64,000 nt of DNA from Nitrospirota bacterium (GCA_963818475.1 CAWFSF010000006.1:96001-160000), one strand, 5' to 3'; shown: positions 19,216-29,815, counted from the stretch's first letter. Notes: generated from the letters alone by a model not told the origin. Numbers and translations are program-made.

Positions 19216-20763
19216 ATGGACAAGCGTCTCACATTGCTCTGCCCTAATCTGGACCCGCGCAACGATCAAGCTGCAATCTATGAAAAGGGCCGGACCATAA
19301 CTTTCGGCGAGTTGGCCGGAGGAGTCGGCAACTTATCTGACAATATCGTGAGCGCTGGCGCAGTTCGGGGCAGTCGAATCGCTCTCTGCTACGACAATAC
19401 GGCTGCTTTTGTTTACGGGTATTTGGCTATCCTCGGAGCAGAGTGCATCCCGGTGCTCCTGAGCCCTAACCTCCCCGCCGAGAAGTTATCGTACATTCTC
19501 GCTGATAGTGGCGCAGCCGGCATGATGTGCGAATCCAGAGTAGTGGGCAGGATACCGTCGTACCCCCGCGGCATGAAATTTCTATTTTCCCCTGATGTCC
19601 GTGAGGCTGCAAGTCTGCGCGGGATCGCGGTCTACTCTTTCGACGAAGGAATCAGCTCGAAGAGGATCCCCGTTGACAACGGCGCTGTCCAGGAGCGGTA
19701 CGCTGAAGCGCAGCCTCAAAACGCTCACTCAATTAGTGCAGTTATTTATACGTCCGGGACGACCGGTAAACCGAAGGGAGTTATGCTCAGCGAGGTGAAT
19801 CTGGAACTTGCTACGGCGACGATTATCCGGCACCTGGGTCTTACCTCGGAGGATTCATGTCTTGTTGCTATGAGTTTTGCGCACTGCGCCGGCCTGCTGC
19901 ACATGCTTGCACACTTGCGTGCCGGGGCAAAACTGGTCACCGGTGAAACAGTTGCATTGATCGGACAATTTCTGGCCGCGATAAAAAAACATCGAGTGAC
20001 CATCTTCCCCGCGGTGCCGTCGTTCTTTACGCTCTTGACGAAACATCCCAAACAGAAGGTGAAACCCTATCTGAGCACCGTGCGCGCCGTTGAATCTTCC
20101 AGTGCGATGATAAACAGTTCGTTGATTCGAGAAGTCGCAGATCTTTACCCCTGCGCTACGCTGTTCAACACCTATGGATTGACCGAGGCTCCAAGAACTA
20201 CCTACGCGGTCGTGGATCCTTCCGATGCAACTACCTGTCTCTCTGTGGGGCATGCGACTTCCGGCGTCGCTGTAAAAGTTGTCAATGACCATTCCCAGCG
20301 GTGCCTGCCGTACGAAGAAGGAGAGATTGTCGTGGACGGGGCCAATGTGGCATTGGGGTATTGGAACAATTCTGAGAAGACCTCTGCGGCATTCGGGCCT
20401 CTCGGCTTCAGGACCGGCGATATCGGCTACACGGACCACAAGGGACTTTTGTACCTGAAGGGAAGGCGAGACGATATGATCAAGATCGGCGCCGAAGCCG
20501 TGTCCCCGCATGAGGTAGAAGAGGTCATCGGATCGCATCCGGGTGTTGCGGACGTGTTGGCCTATGGAGTAGAGGATGATATCCGGGGCTCGATAATACA
20601 TGTGCAGGTAGTTCGCAAAGACGGGTCTATTGACGAAGAAGCTCTATTTGATTATTGCTGCGGGAGGCTTGAGAAGCATAAGCTCCCTTCCCATATCAGC
20701 TTCCATGATTCCATCGCCGTGGAAGAATCAGGAAAGCCAAAGAGGAACAAAGCGACAGTATGA
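19216..20763 (+). CDS. Class I adenylate-forming enzyme (acyl-ACP ligase-like)
   Basis: YTSGTTGKPKGV, TYGLTEA, FRTGD, GRRDDMIK, ESGK. Confidence 0.88.
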   Translation: MDKRLTLLCPNLDPRNDQAAIYEKGRTITFGELAGGVGNLSDNIVSAGAVRGSRIALCYDNTAAFVYGYLAILGAECIPVLLSPNLPAEKLSYILADSGAAGMMCESRVVGRIPSYPRGMKFLFSPDVREAASLRGIAVYSFDEGISSKRIPVDNGAVQERYAEAQPQNAHSISAVIYTSGTTGKPKGVMLSEVNLELATATIIRHLGLTSEDSCLVAMSFAHCAGLLHMLAHLRAGAKLVTGETVALIGQFLAAIKKHRVTIFPAVPSFFTLLTKHPKQKVKPYLSTVRAVESSSAMINSSLIREVADLYPCATLFNTYGLTEAPRTTYAVVDPSDATTCLSVGHATSGVAVKVVNDHSQRCLPYEEGEIVVDGANVALGYWNNSEKTSAAFGPLGFRTGDIGYTDHKGLLYLKGRRDDMIKIGAEAVSPHEVEEVIGSHPGVADVLAYGVEDDIRGSIIHVQVVRKDGSIDEEALFDYCCGRLEKHKLPSHISFHDSIAVEESGKPKRNKATV

Positions 20764-21704
20764 TCATCGACTTCCACAGTCATATCATAGAGGATTCCTG
20801 GCTGCCGGAACGATGGTGGGCATGGCTGACAGAATTCTACAATTCAAGGAGACGGAGTCCGCTGTTGCCGCACTTCAAAACTGCCGCCCTCAGGGAGCAG
20901 CTCTGTGATGGCGACGGGAGCAAGTTGTTGGCTGCGATGGAGGATGCGCAGATCGACAGGAGCATTGTACTGCCTCTGGATTGGGGGCTCTTGTTCGGGG
21001 AGCCTCCTGTGTCTATTGAAGAGCAACACAACCGGATCGCGGAAATAGCGGAGAGAAGCAACGGAAAGATCGTTCCCTTCGTCGGCGTGGATCCCCGAAG
21101 AAAAGGCGCCCTTGAACTGATCAAATATTGCTTGAAGGATTGCAGGATGCAGGGGATAAAGTTATATCCGGCTGCAGGATATGATCCAAGTAATAAGGCC
21201 TATCGCAGCATCTTTGAGGCTGCATTGCAATATGACGTTCCGGTGCTGGTTCACACTGGATATTCATTTGGTCCATTCCAGAGTGAATATTGCGGACCCG
21301 GCGTGTTGGACTGCCTCTGTGCAAGGTATCCTGATATCACCTTTGTTGCCGCGCACCTGGGTTCCGGCAACCTCGAGCAACTCTGCTGGCTGGGATATGC
21401 GAAGCCAAATCTGTATGCTGATTGCTCCCTGATGCAGATAAGGGCACGTCAGAACTATTCGGAGTTTGCCGGCAATCTCCGTCTGGCGTGCGACTTGTTC
21501 GGAAGCCAGCGCATTCTCTTCGGCACGGATTGGCCCTTTTCCCAGAGTGTGATGAAGAATGACGAATATGTGAATGCATTCAGGAAACTGAAGTCCGTAG
21601 ACAGCTCCGGCACGACGTTTGTTGGATACGAAGTGAAGCAGCTCCTGGGAGGAACCGCAGCAAGCTTGCTGTCCAGAAAAAAGGGAGGTTGTGATGACAA
21701 ATGA
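20760..21704 (+). CDS. Amidohydrolase family 2 metalloenzyme
   Basis: IIDFHSH, GIKLYP, PVLVHTG, AAHLG, ILFGTDWP. Confidence 0.85.
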   Translation: MIIDFHSHIIEDSWLPERWWAWLTEFYNSRRRSPLLPHFKTAALREQLCDGDGSKLLAAMEDAQIDRSIVLPLDWGLLFGEPPVSIEEQHNRIAEIAERSNGKIVPFVGVDPRRKGALELIKYCLKDCRMQGIKLYPAAGYDPSNKAYRSIFEAALQYDVPVLVHTGYSFGPFQSEYCGPGVLDCLCARYPDITFVAAHLGSGNLEQLCWLGYAKPNLYADCSLMQIRARQNYSEFAGNLRLACDLFGSQRILFGTDWPFSQSVMKNDEYVNAFRKLKSVDSSGTTFVGYEVKQLLGGTAASLLSRKKGGCDDK

Positions 21705-21813
21705 GAGCTTTGCCAGGGAGGTTGCGATGACGACTGTGCCTCTTGCCAGGGAAGCTGCGATGACACCTAAGCCTCTTGCTCGAGAGGTTGTGGTGCCAAA
21801 TGAGACTCTTGCT
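21682..21813 (+). repeat. Four 33-bp tandem repeats each containing an SD-like sequence and start codon
   Basis: GGGAGGTTGTG-ATG (21694), GGGAGGTTGCG-ATG (21727), GGGAAGCTGCG-ATG (21760), GAGAGGTTGTG-GTG (21793). Confidence 0.85.
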
Positions 21814-22038
21814 GAGGAGATTTTTATCTATATCAAGAACGAATTGAATCATTCAAGTGATTTTGATATTGCGGCAAGTATCGTGAAAGAAGGGATTGTT
21901 GATTCCCTGGGGATACTGACCTTAGTGTCCTTCCTGGAAAAGCGATATCACGTGGAAATCGATTTTGAAGAGATCACCCCGGATAACTTTAAAAATGTTG
22001 ATGCGATCGCACGGTTCATAAAGAAACTGCTTGGATGA
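21694..22038 (+). CDS. Acyl carrier protein with N-terminal 11-aa repeats
   Basis: GIVDSLGIL phosphopantetheine motif, EITPDNFKNVDAIARFI. Confidence 0.88.
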   Translation: MTNESFAREVAMTTVPLAREAAMTPKPLAREVVVPNETLAEEIFIYIKNELNHSSDFDIAASIVKEGIVDSLGILTLVSFLEKRYHVEIDFEEITPDNFKNVDAIARFIKKLLG

Positions 22039-22065
22039 GTCGCACCATAGAGCAGAAAGCGGATT

Positions 22066-24048
22066 ATGGAAGCCACAAGAGAAATTTACTGGAACGTAGG
22101 GCGCAGCGTCGCGGGGCCCATGTACCTGGCGACTGTATTGACTGTTGTGTTCTTCGCATGGGGGATAGGGAGGAGGTTGTCGCTCTATCGCATAGGGACG
22201 GCAATCAACCGTTTTGACCGCTGCGACGAACGATTCAGGCGACTCATTGTCGAAGTGCTTGGGCAGAAGAAGGTAGCCCGGGAACGGGACGGCGGACGTT
22301 TCCACGCCCGGCTCTTCTGGACGATGGGCACTCTGTTCGCCGGAACCCTGCTGGTGATGATACAGGATGATCTCCTTGCGCCCTTCACCGGGATAAACAT
22401 TCTCAGCGGCGCATTTTACAAGGTGTTCTCGCTGGTTCTGGATATGGCCGGTCTGGCCGCGTTCCTGACGTTGGGGGGGCTTTCCTACCGACGTTTCATC
22501 AGGAAGCCGGAGGGGTTGGAGACCGTCAGCAAGGATTATGTGGTCCACCTGCTCCTCTTTGCCGTACTTATCACGGGCTTCCTGCTGGAAGGTGCGCGAA
22601 TCGCCGTCACTGAACAGCGACAAAACCCCGGACTGGCACTCTTTTCCCCTGTCGGTTATGCCGCCGCACACCTGTTCACCGGCTTCGATAAACAGTCGAT
22701 CCTCACGACGCATAAAGACCTCTGGTGGGTCCACTTCGCCCTGACCATCGGCATTATCGGTGCCATTCCCTTCACAAAACTGCGGCACGTCGTCACCACC
22801 AGTGCAAACGCCTTCTTCGCACCATTCGAGCCAATGGGATCGATCGCCACTATAAATCTTGAAGCCGAGGAGATCGAGCAGTATGGCGCTGCAGAGGTCA
22901 CCGGCCTCTCCTGGAAAGATATCTTCGATGCCGACGCCTGCACCGGATGCAAGCGCTGCCAGGACCACTGTCCCGTTTCAGCCACCGGCAAGCCGCTGTC
23001 CCCCATGAAACTGATCAAACAAATAGGCGAGGCCGCTGAGAACAATACTGATGCAGGGCTGATAGAAACCATCGGCCGGGAAGCCCTCTGGTCCTGCACC
23101 ACCTGCGGTGCATGCCAGGATATTTGTCCCGCCAATGTAGAGCATGTGAACAAGATCATCGAGATGCGCCGCAACCTGGTCCTTATGCAGGGTGCTTTTC
23201 CCGGCGAAGAGGTGCGCAGCGCGATGAACAACATGGAGGTGAACGGCAACCCCTTTGGTTTGGACTTTACGGGGCGTGGTGAATGGGTCGACGACCTCCC
23301 CGTGATCCTGATGAGAGATAGCGTGGAAGTCGACATTCTCTACTTCGCCGGCTGCTATGCTTCGTTTGACAAACGGAACCAGGAGGTGGCCAGAAACTTC
23401 GTGAGGATCTGCGCCGCCGCAGGGGTCAGGGTCGGCATTCTCGGCAAAGAGGAGAACTGCTGCGGTGAGCCGGTCCGCAAGCTCGGCAACGAATACCTCT
23501 ACCAGATGCTGGCAGCGCAAAACATAGAACTGATCAAGGAGTACGGAGTGAAAAAAATAGTTACCACCTGTCCTCACTGCTTCAACACCCTGGCACGGGA
23601 TTACAAAGACCTGGGGCTCGATCTTCCGGTGGAACACTATTCCACCTTCGTCGCCCGGTTGCTGAAGGAAGAGCGGTTGATGCTTGCCCCTGAGCAATTC
23701 GATTTCACCTACCACGACTCCTGTTACCTGGGCCGCTATCAGGATATTACCGACGAGCCGCGCATGGTGCTCCGGATGGCAGGCGGGAGATTAACGGAAA
23801 TGACGAAGTCCGGCTATGATAGTTTTTGCTGTGGCGCCGGCGGCGGTCGGATCCTTGCCGAGGAGAAGATCGGCGACCGGATCAATGTGAGGCGGATTCA
23901 AATGGCGAAAGAGACCGGCGCTCCGCTCCTCGTTTCCAACTGCCCTTTTTGCCTCACCATGTTCGAGGACGGGATCAAGATGGCTGGTTGCGAAGGGGAA
24001 CTGGTGATAAAAGACCTGGCGGAGGTCGTGGCCGAGAGAATAGCATAA
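22066..24048 (+). CDS. Membrane Fe-S oxidoreductase (NarI-like TM domain + 2x[4Fe-4S] + two CCG domains; FadF/ETF:menaquinone oxidoreductase-like)
   Basis: Multiple TM helices, TKLRH, CTGCKRCQDHCP, CTTCGACQDICP, NCCG, TTCPHC, YHDSCYLGR, FCCGAGGG, CPFC. Confidence 0.9.
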   Translation: MEATREIYWNVGRSVAGPMYLATVLTVVFFAWGIGRRLSLYRIGTAINRFDRCDERFRRLIVEVLGQKKVARERDGGRFHARLFWTMGTLFAGTLLVMIQDDLLAPFTGINILSGAFYKVFSLVLDMAGLAAFLTLGGLSYRRFIRKPEGLETVSKDYVVHLLLFAVLITGFLLEGARIAVTEQRQNPGLALFSPVGYAAAHLFTGFDKQSILTTHKDLWWVHFALTIGIIGAIPFTKLRHVVTTSANAFFAPFEPMGSIATINLEAEEIEQYGAAEVTGLSWKDIFDADACTGCKRCQDHCPVSATGKPLSPMKLIKQIGEAAENNTDAGLIETIGREALWSCTTCGACQDICPANVEHVNKIIEMRRNLVLMQGAFPGEEVRSAMNNMEVNGNPFGLDFTGRGEWVDDLPVILMRDSVEVDILYFAGCYASFDKRNQEVARNFVRICAAAGVRVGILGKEENCCGEPVRKLGNEYLYQMLAAQNIELIKEYGVKKIVTTCPHCFNTLARDYKDLGLDLPVEHYSTFVARLLKEERLMLAPEQFDFTYHDSCYLGRYQDITDEPRMVLRMAGGRLTEMTKSGYDSFCCGAGGGRILAEEKIGDRINVRRIQMAKETGAPLLVSNCPFCLTMFEDGIKMAGCEGELVIKDLAEVVAERIA

Positions 24049-24050
24049 AA

Positions 24051-24827
24051 ATGAAGATTCTTATCTGCATTAAACAGGTTCCTGATAGGGAGTCAAGGTT
24101 CAAACCGAACGCCGAGGGTGTCTGGTACGACGAGGCAGATCTTGCCTGGCGGTTGAACGAATACGACGAATACGCCGTGGAACAGGCTGTGCAGCTGAAA
24201 GAACAACTAGGCAATGCTCCCGAGTTGACCGTCCTCTCCATCGGCCCGGACCGGGCGCGGGAGGCTATCAAAAAGGCGCTGGCCATGGGCTGCGACCTCG
24301 GCGTGCATGTCCAGGATCCGGGAGCGCTGCTCAAGGACCCCTGGCAGATCGCCTCAATAATTGCCGCGTACGCAAAAGACCGGGGCTTTGCCCTGATCTT
24401 CACCGGCATGCAGTCCGAAGACGGGGGCTCAGCCCAGGTAGGCGTTACCGTGGCGGAGTTGCTTGGCTATGCCTGCACTACCACCGTGGTCGGTTTCGAC
24501 TATGCCGATGGCACCATCACCGCTAAGCGTGAGCTTGAGGGAGGGACCAAAGGGGTGGTGAAATTGAAGACACCAGCACTGCTCACCTGCGAGTTGGGAC
24601 TCAACGTACCCCGTTACCCGACTCTCCCTAACATCATGAAGACCAGGAAGAAAGAGATTAAGGCAATTCCTGTGTCGTCGCTCTTGGATGACGGGCCGCT
24701 TATGATCACATCGATGTTCTATCCGCCGTTCAAAAAAAGCAGAGGGATCGTCCTCGATGGTGATGTGGCTGCGATGGCAGACCAGTTGGTGGGGATACTC
24801 AAACAAAAGACCCCGGTGCTGCGGTAG
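24051..24827 (+). CDS. etfB: Electron transfer flavoprotein beta subunit
   Basis: MKILICIKQVPD, NEYDEYAVEQA, ALAMGCD, GMQSEDG, LNVPRYPTLPNIMK. Confidence 0.93.
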   Translation: MKILICIKQVPDRESRFKPNAEGVWYDEADLAWRLNEYDEYAVEQAVQLKEQLGNAPELTVLSIGPDRAREAIKKALAMGCDLGVHVQDPGALLKDPWQIASIIAAYAKDRGFALIFTGMQSEDGGSAQVGVTVAELLGYACTTTVVGFDYADGTITAKRELEGGTKGVVKLKTPALLTCELGLNVPRYPTLPNIMKTRKKEIKAIPVSSLLDDGPLMITSMFYPPFKKSRGIVLDGDVAAMADQLVGILKQKTPVLR

Positions 24828-24835
24828 AGCGTGAA

Positions 24836-25768
24836 ATGAAACTCTTATTAGTTGCAGAATTTCGCGAAGGGAAACTCGTTGAATCAACGTATGAACTATT
24901 GGGTTTTGCACGGCTGTTTGAGGGAGAAGCTGTCATGGTGCTTGTCGGCAGCGACAGCCAGGTTCCTGAATACGGAGGACGTCTTTATCTTGCAGATGCC
25001 GTGAGATACGGCGAATACAACCCTGATCTGCACAAGAAACTGGTTCTCCAGGCAATTGAAATGGAAAAGCCCGACTACGTAGTCTTTCTCCATTCATCCT
25101 ATGGCTGGGATTTGGCGCCACGAGTGTCCGCCAGCCTCAGACTTGGCCAGATTTCGGGGATTATTGGATTGATAAATGGAGAATTCGAGGTGGGGTGCTG
25201 CAACGGAAAGATGCGACGCACTATCAAGCCGGCAAGCGGCAAGGCGGTGCTTACGATCCAAGCCGGGGCATTCCCGGTTATACGGCCGGGCGGCACCCCG
25301 CAGGTGCAGCGGCTGGATGCTGATGGCACGGGCACTGTCGAGTTTGTCGGTTATGAGCCTGCAGAACCAAAAGATGTAGACCTTGCCAAGGCCAGGGTGA
25401 TTGTTGCCGCCGGCCGGGGAGTTGGCGGGAAAGAAAACATGACGGCTATTGCTGCTCTAGCCAGGGCACTCGGCGGCGAATTGGGGGCCAGCAGGCCTGT
25501 CGTTGACGCCGGCTGGGCCGAACACAGCCAGCAGGTTGGTACTACCGGCCAGACAGTCAGTCCTCAGCTTTACATTGCCTGCGGCATCAGCGGCGCCATC
25601 CAGCACGTGGCCGGCATGAAAAAGTCCGAATTCATCGTCGCCATCAACAAAGACAGGGACGCCCCCATCGGCGACGTGGCCGATGTCCTCGTGGTGGCTG
25701 ACGTCATGCAGTTTGTTCCAGCGCTGGCCGCAAAGCTTCAATGCGTTGACTTGTTTTGTAGAGCCTGA
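24836..25768 (+). CDS. etfA: Electron transfer flavoprotein alpha subunit
   Basis: [58 protein letters not shown]. Confidence 0.95.
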   Translation: MKLLLVAEFREGKLVESTYELLGFARLFEGEAVMVLVGSDSQVPEYGGRLYLADAVRYGEYNPDLHKKLVLQAIEMEKPDYVVFLHSSYGWDLAPRVSASLRLGQISGIIGLINGEFEVGCCNGKMRRTIKPASGKAVLTIQAGAFPVIRPGGTPQVQRLDADGTGTVEFVGYEPAEPKDVDLAKARVIVAAGRGVGGKENMTAIAALARALGGELGASRPVVDAGWAEHSQQVGTTGQTVSPQLYIACGISGAIQHVAGMKKSEFIVAINKDRDAPIGDVADVLVVADVMQFVPALAAKLQCVDLFCRA

Positions 25769-25832
25769 TCTAGATAATTGACGATCGGTCTGTAGTGAAA
25801 TGACTTGTTAACGCGTAAAAGCGGAGGACAAA

Positions 25833-27125
25833 ATGAAAAGAAATTTCAGCATGAAGTTCGCATTAACCTTGAGTTTCATCGTTATGGTCATGTTTTTATG
25901 GCTGGCAAGCAACGGCTGCAAAGGCCACACTGCACAATCGCCTGGGCAGCCAGATCAGCCGCAAATTGCAGTAAGCAGCCGTCAAATCGTAAACGGCAAT
26001 GTTGTTCTGAATAATATTTCGGAACAGACCGTCTCGCTCCAAAATACCGGATCAATCAGCCTTACTATCGGCCAGATCGCTCAGGCGAATACCCTGGCGC
26101 CTCCTTTCAGCATCGTAAGTGATTATTGCTCCGGGCGGGCAGTGCAGCCGTCGGCGGTATGCAGCTTCAAGGTTCAGTTCATGCCGACAGATCAGGGTTC
26201 TTTTAACGACAGCTTTGACATCCCCTCTAATGCCTCCAATGAAAATTCCGTGACCGTAGACGTTACCGGAAGCGGAAAAGCGCTCAGGGTCGCCATTAAC
26301 CAGGTCAATACCGACAGCTGTTCGACGGGGGTTCTTGAGCTTATAGTCAACGTAACTGATGAAAATAATACTCCCCTGCCAGGGTTGGCAGTCGGCGACT
26401 TTCAATTAAAGGAAAACGGCGTGCCGCAGTTACTCGAAAGCGTTTCACAAGTCCTGACGGCAGTACCAGTGTCAGTGGCTATGGTCCTCGATTACTCGGG
26501 AACCATGGAGAGCCAGGTACCGACCCTTGAAGCCGCATCTATCAATTTTATAGGGGACTTGAATCCGGATGATGAGGCTGCTGTCATCAAGTTTGAGGTG
26601 CTTCCCCAGTTGATGCAGGATTTCACGGGCAATAAGGCTGATCTGATAACGGCGATAAACACCGCGCCATCACAGATCGGAAGCGGCGGAACATATGTAT
26701 ACGACAGCCTCTGGTACGCTATTGAAAAAACATCAGTGAGACAGAAACACAAAGCGATTGTTGTAATTTCCGACGGCAGGGATGAGAACTCTCAGGGGGA
26801 GAAGGACGTTTCCATCAAAACGCTGGATGAGGTCATCGCATATGCAGCGGCAAATGACGTGACAATATACGCGGTAGGTCTGGGCGACGCTGAAGGGGTG
26901 GTCATGAACCGTCTGGCAAGCGAGACCGGAGGACAATATTATTATATGACAAATATCGATCAACTCACCGGTGTTTACCAGGCCATCAGTGACATTCTTT
27001 TCGGCCAATACTCGATAAAATACGTCTCTTCCCTGCATGGCAGCACTCCGATCACGCTGGAAATCAATGTGGCGGGCGGCGCTGATGAGGGCGCGGGCGT
27101 ATTGCAGACCGCAGGGTGCCCTTGA
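25833..27125 (+). CDS. Secreted/lipoprotein with Ig-like domain and VWA domain
   Basis: Hydrophobic leader ending SNG-C; LQNTG...C...C.F.V.F.P Ig-like unit; MIDAS-like LDYSGTM, GGTYVYDSL, VISDGRD, LASETGG. Confidence 0.82.
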   Translation: MKRNFSMKFALTLSFIVMVMFLWLASNGCKGHTAQSPGQPDQPQIAVSSRQIVNGNVVLNNISEQTVSLQNTGSISLTIGQIAQANTLAPPFSIVSDYCSGRAVQPSAVCSFKVQFMPTDQGSFNDSFDIPSNASNENSVTVDVTGSGKALRVAINQVNTDSCSTGVLELIVNVTDENNTPLPGLAVGDFQLKENGVPQLLESVSQVLTAVPVSVAMVLDYSGTMESQVPTLEAASINFIGDLNPDDEAAVIKFEVLPQLMQDFTGNKADLITAINTAPSQIGSGGTYVYDSLWYAIEKTSVRQKHKAIVVISDGRDENSQGEKDVSIKTLDEVIAYAAANDVTIYAVGLGDAEGVVMNRLASETGGQYYYMTNIDQLTGVYQAISDILFGQYSIKYVSSLHGSTPITLEINVAGGADEGAGVLQTAGCP

Positions 27126-27186
27126 GACGACTAACAGTGATGAACCGCTCGTCAAAAGCTGAAAGAAAAATGGTACAGGCATTTCC

Positions 27187-28666
27187 ATGACGGACAACCT
27201 GCAACAGAAAACAGTTACGGCCCTCTCCTGGAGTTTTGTCGAGTCCATGGCGGCGCGGAGCGCGCAATTCGTCATCGGCATCATCCTGGCCCGGTTGCTG
27301 TTCCCCGAGCAGTTCGGTCTGATCGGGATGCTGATGATCTTCATGGCTGTATCGCAGGCATTTCTCGATAGCGGATTCGGCGCCGCGCTGATCCAGAAAC
27401 AGGAGATAACGCAAACCGACATTTGTTCGGTATTTTATTTTAATATACTGGTGGGATTGGCGGCTGCGGGCCTCTTGAGCCTCGCCGCCCCCTGGATAGC
27501 CGCTTTTTATAAGCAGCCTGTCCTGACCCCCCTGACGAGGGCGCTGTCTTTGACCCTTGTGATTAATTCCTTTGGCCTGATCCAGAATGTGCTGCTTACC
27601 AAGCAGATCAACTTCAAGACGCAGACCAAGGTAACCTTGATTGCGGGCGTATTGTCGGGCATCGTCGGCATTACTCTGGCCGTCCATGGATTCGGCGTGT
27701 GGAGCCTGGCTATCCAGCAGATATCCAGTGCTTTTGTCCGGACCGCTTGTCTCTGGTTCTTTAGTTCCTGGCGGCCGATCCTGATCTTCAGCTTCACCTC
27801 CCTGCGGGAACTGTTCGGTTTCGGATCACGACTGCTTGCTTCGGGCGTGCTTAACCAGACTTTTGACAACATCTATCTCGTGGTCATCGGAAGGCTGTTT
27901 TCGGCTGCTGACCTCGGGTTTTTTACGCGCGCCAAGACCTTGAATGATGTTCCTTCGCAATCGTTGTCGCAAATGGTGGGACGCGTCACCTTTCCCGTGT
28001 TCTCCACCATCCAGGACGATCGCGTGCGATTGAAAAGGGGATTGAAAAAGGCCCTGACCACGCTGGTTCTGGTGAATTTCCCCATGATGATCGGCCTGGC
28101 GATCGTCGCCCGTCCCCTGGTGCTGGTATTGTTGACGGATAAATGGGCACCCTCCATTCCCTATTTGCAGCTGCTCTGTGTTGCCGGCTTGTTGATTCCG
28201 CTCCAATCGATGAACCTGAATGTGCTGCAGGCCCTGGGACGGTCCGATCTGTTTCTCCGTCTGGAGATCGTCAAAAAAAGCTCTCATATGCGTCAACATC
28301 GCCATTACCTGGCGATGGGGCATATCCGCGATGATCTCCGGTATGATCGTCACTTCGATTATCTCGTATTATTTGAACAGTTATTACAACGGCATGCTGA
28401 TCGATTACTCCATCAAAGAACAGGTGCTTGACCTGCTCCCTTACCTCAGCATGGCCTCGCTGATGGGCTTTGCGGTTTATGCAGCCGGGTTGCTGCAGTT
28501 CCCCAGCCGGTGGTCCTTGCTTCTGACGCAGATTACCGCGGGCATCGTTGTTTATGTTTTCCTGTGCCGTGCATTTCGTTTAAAGGCTTTTATGGAGATC
28601 TGGCAAGCGGGTTTTAATATGATAAAAAAATCGGGATTCAAGATGATGGTTCAGGGGTTCAAGTGA
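27187..28666 (+). CDS. wzx: Polysaccharide flippase (WzxC-like); single frameshift in A7 run at about 28273-28279
   Basis: LARLLFPEQFGLIG, FLDSGFGAALIQK, GFGVWSL, DNIYLVVIGR, VTFPVFS, GRSDLFLRLEIVKK, continuing KALICV... in ORF 28220-28666. Confidence 0.88.
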
Positions 28667-28693
28667 AATCTTTGAGCATCGGACCCCTTGAAC
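28633..28693. repeat. Short GGTTCAAG-type palindromic repeat overlapping the wzx stop
   Basis: GGATTCAAG...GGTTCAGGGGTTCAAGTG with inverted arm GGACCCCTTGAAC. Confidence 0.5.
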
Positions 28694-28735
28694 GTGCAAC
28701 TCCCCGTAGCCAGCTACGGTCAGAGAGGTGAGTGC

Positions 28736-29815
28736 GTGAATAAAATTATGATTACCGGAGCGGCCGGTTTTATCGGATTCCATCTATCGCGAAAATTGCT
28801 CGAACAAGGCGTTGAGGTGACCGGCATCGATAATTTAAACGATTATTACGATGTGAATCTCAAGCGAGCACGACTGTCGACCCTCGAAGAGCATAAGAAT
28901 TTTACATTCATGCGGGCCAGCGTGTCGGACCGGATGGCCGTAGATGAGCTGTTTAGAAAGGGCAGATTCGATTGCGTGGTGAATTTGGCGGCCCAGCCTG
29001 GTGTTCGTTACTCCTTAAAGAACCCTTATTCCTACATCGACAGCAACATTGTCGGTTTCACGAACATTCTGGAAGGCTGCCGGCACAATCATGTCAAACA
29101 TCTCGTTTTCGCCTCTTCAAGCTCGGTCTACGGAGCCAATGCCAAAATACCCTTCTCGGTCAGTGATAATGTGGACCATCCTTTTTCACTCTATGCAGCG
29201 TCCAAAAAAGCGAACGAGCTGATGGCGCATACCTATGCACATTTATACGGTCTGCCGTGCACCGGCCTCAGGTTCTTTACGGTCTATGGTCCCTGGGGTC
29301 GTCCGGATATGGCCTATTTTTCCTTCACCAAGGCTATTCTGGAGGGAAAACCCATCGACGTATTCAACAACGGCGACATGAAGCGTGATTTCACCTATAT
29401 CGATGACATTGTTGAAGGGGTCATACGCGTCATGGATAAAATCCCTCGGCCAAATGCCGGCTGGGACAGGATAAAGTCCGATCCGGGGTCCAGCCATGCT
29501 CCTTACAAATTGTACAACATCGGCAACAATAACCCTGTTGACCTGTCGAAATTTATCGCGGTATTGGAGTCGAATCTCGGCAAAACTGCAGTAAAGAACA
29601 TGCTTCCCATGCAGCCCGGAGACGTCCCCATTACCTACGCTGATGTGAATGATCTTATACGCGACGTGGGTTTTAAACCATCGACTCCTATCGAGGAGGG
29701 CATTCAAAAATTTGTGGTATGGTTCAAGGAGTATTACGGCTATGGCCTGGATGCTGCAGAAGATACTTTCCACACAGCTCCGATACAGGAACCTGTTCGA
29801 CAACGTGCAGCTTGA
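28736..29815 (+). CDS. UDP-glucuronate 4-epimerase-like NAD-dependent epimerase
   Basis: [69 protein letters not shown]. Confidence 0.92.
   Translation: MNKIMITGAAGFIGFHLSRKLLEQGVEVTGIDNLNDYYDVNLKRARLSTLEEHKNFTFMRASVSDRMAVDELFRKGRFDCVVNLAAQPGVRYSLKNPYSYIDSNIVGFTNILEGCRHNHVKHLVFASSSSVYGANAKIPFSVSDNVDHPFSLYAASKKANELMAHTYAHLYGLPCTGLRFFTVYGPWGRPDMAYFSFTKAILEGKPIDVFNNGDMKRDFTYIDDIVEGVIRVMDKIPRPNAGWDRIKSDPGSSHAPYKLYNIGNNNPVDLSKFIAVLESNLGKTAVKNMLPMQPGDVPITYADVNDLIRDVGFKPSTPIEEGIQKFVVWFKEYYGYGLDAAEDTFHTAPIQEPVRQRAA

Noticed and set aside
21694-21800. RiPP precursor for the radical SAM enzyme
   Set aside because: Repeats are fused to an ACP, explained by duplication of the initiation region, and lie 22 kb from the radical SAM gene.
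17990-25768. Ordinary fatty-acid beta-oxidation operon
   Set aside because: No thiolase, enoyl-CoA hydratase or hydroxyacyl-CoA dehydrogenase; includes an ACP and a sugar acyltransferase within a glycan operon.
28273-28279. Phase-variable or programmed frameshift in wzx A7 run
   Set aside because: Run is short and the window has many similar single-base indels; sequencing error is more parsimonious, though not excluded without reads.
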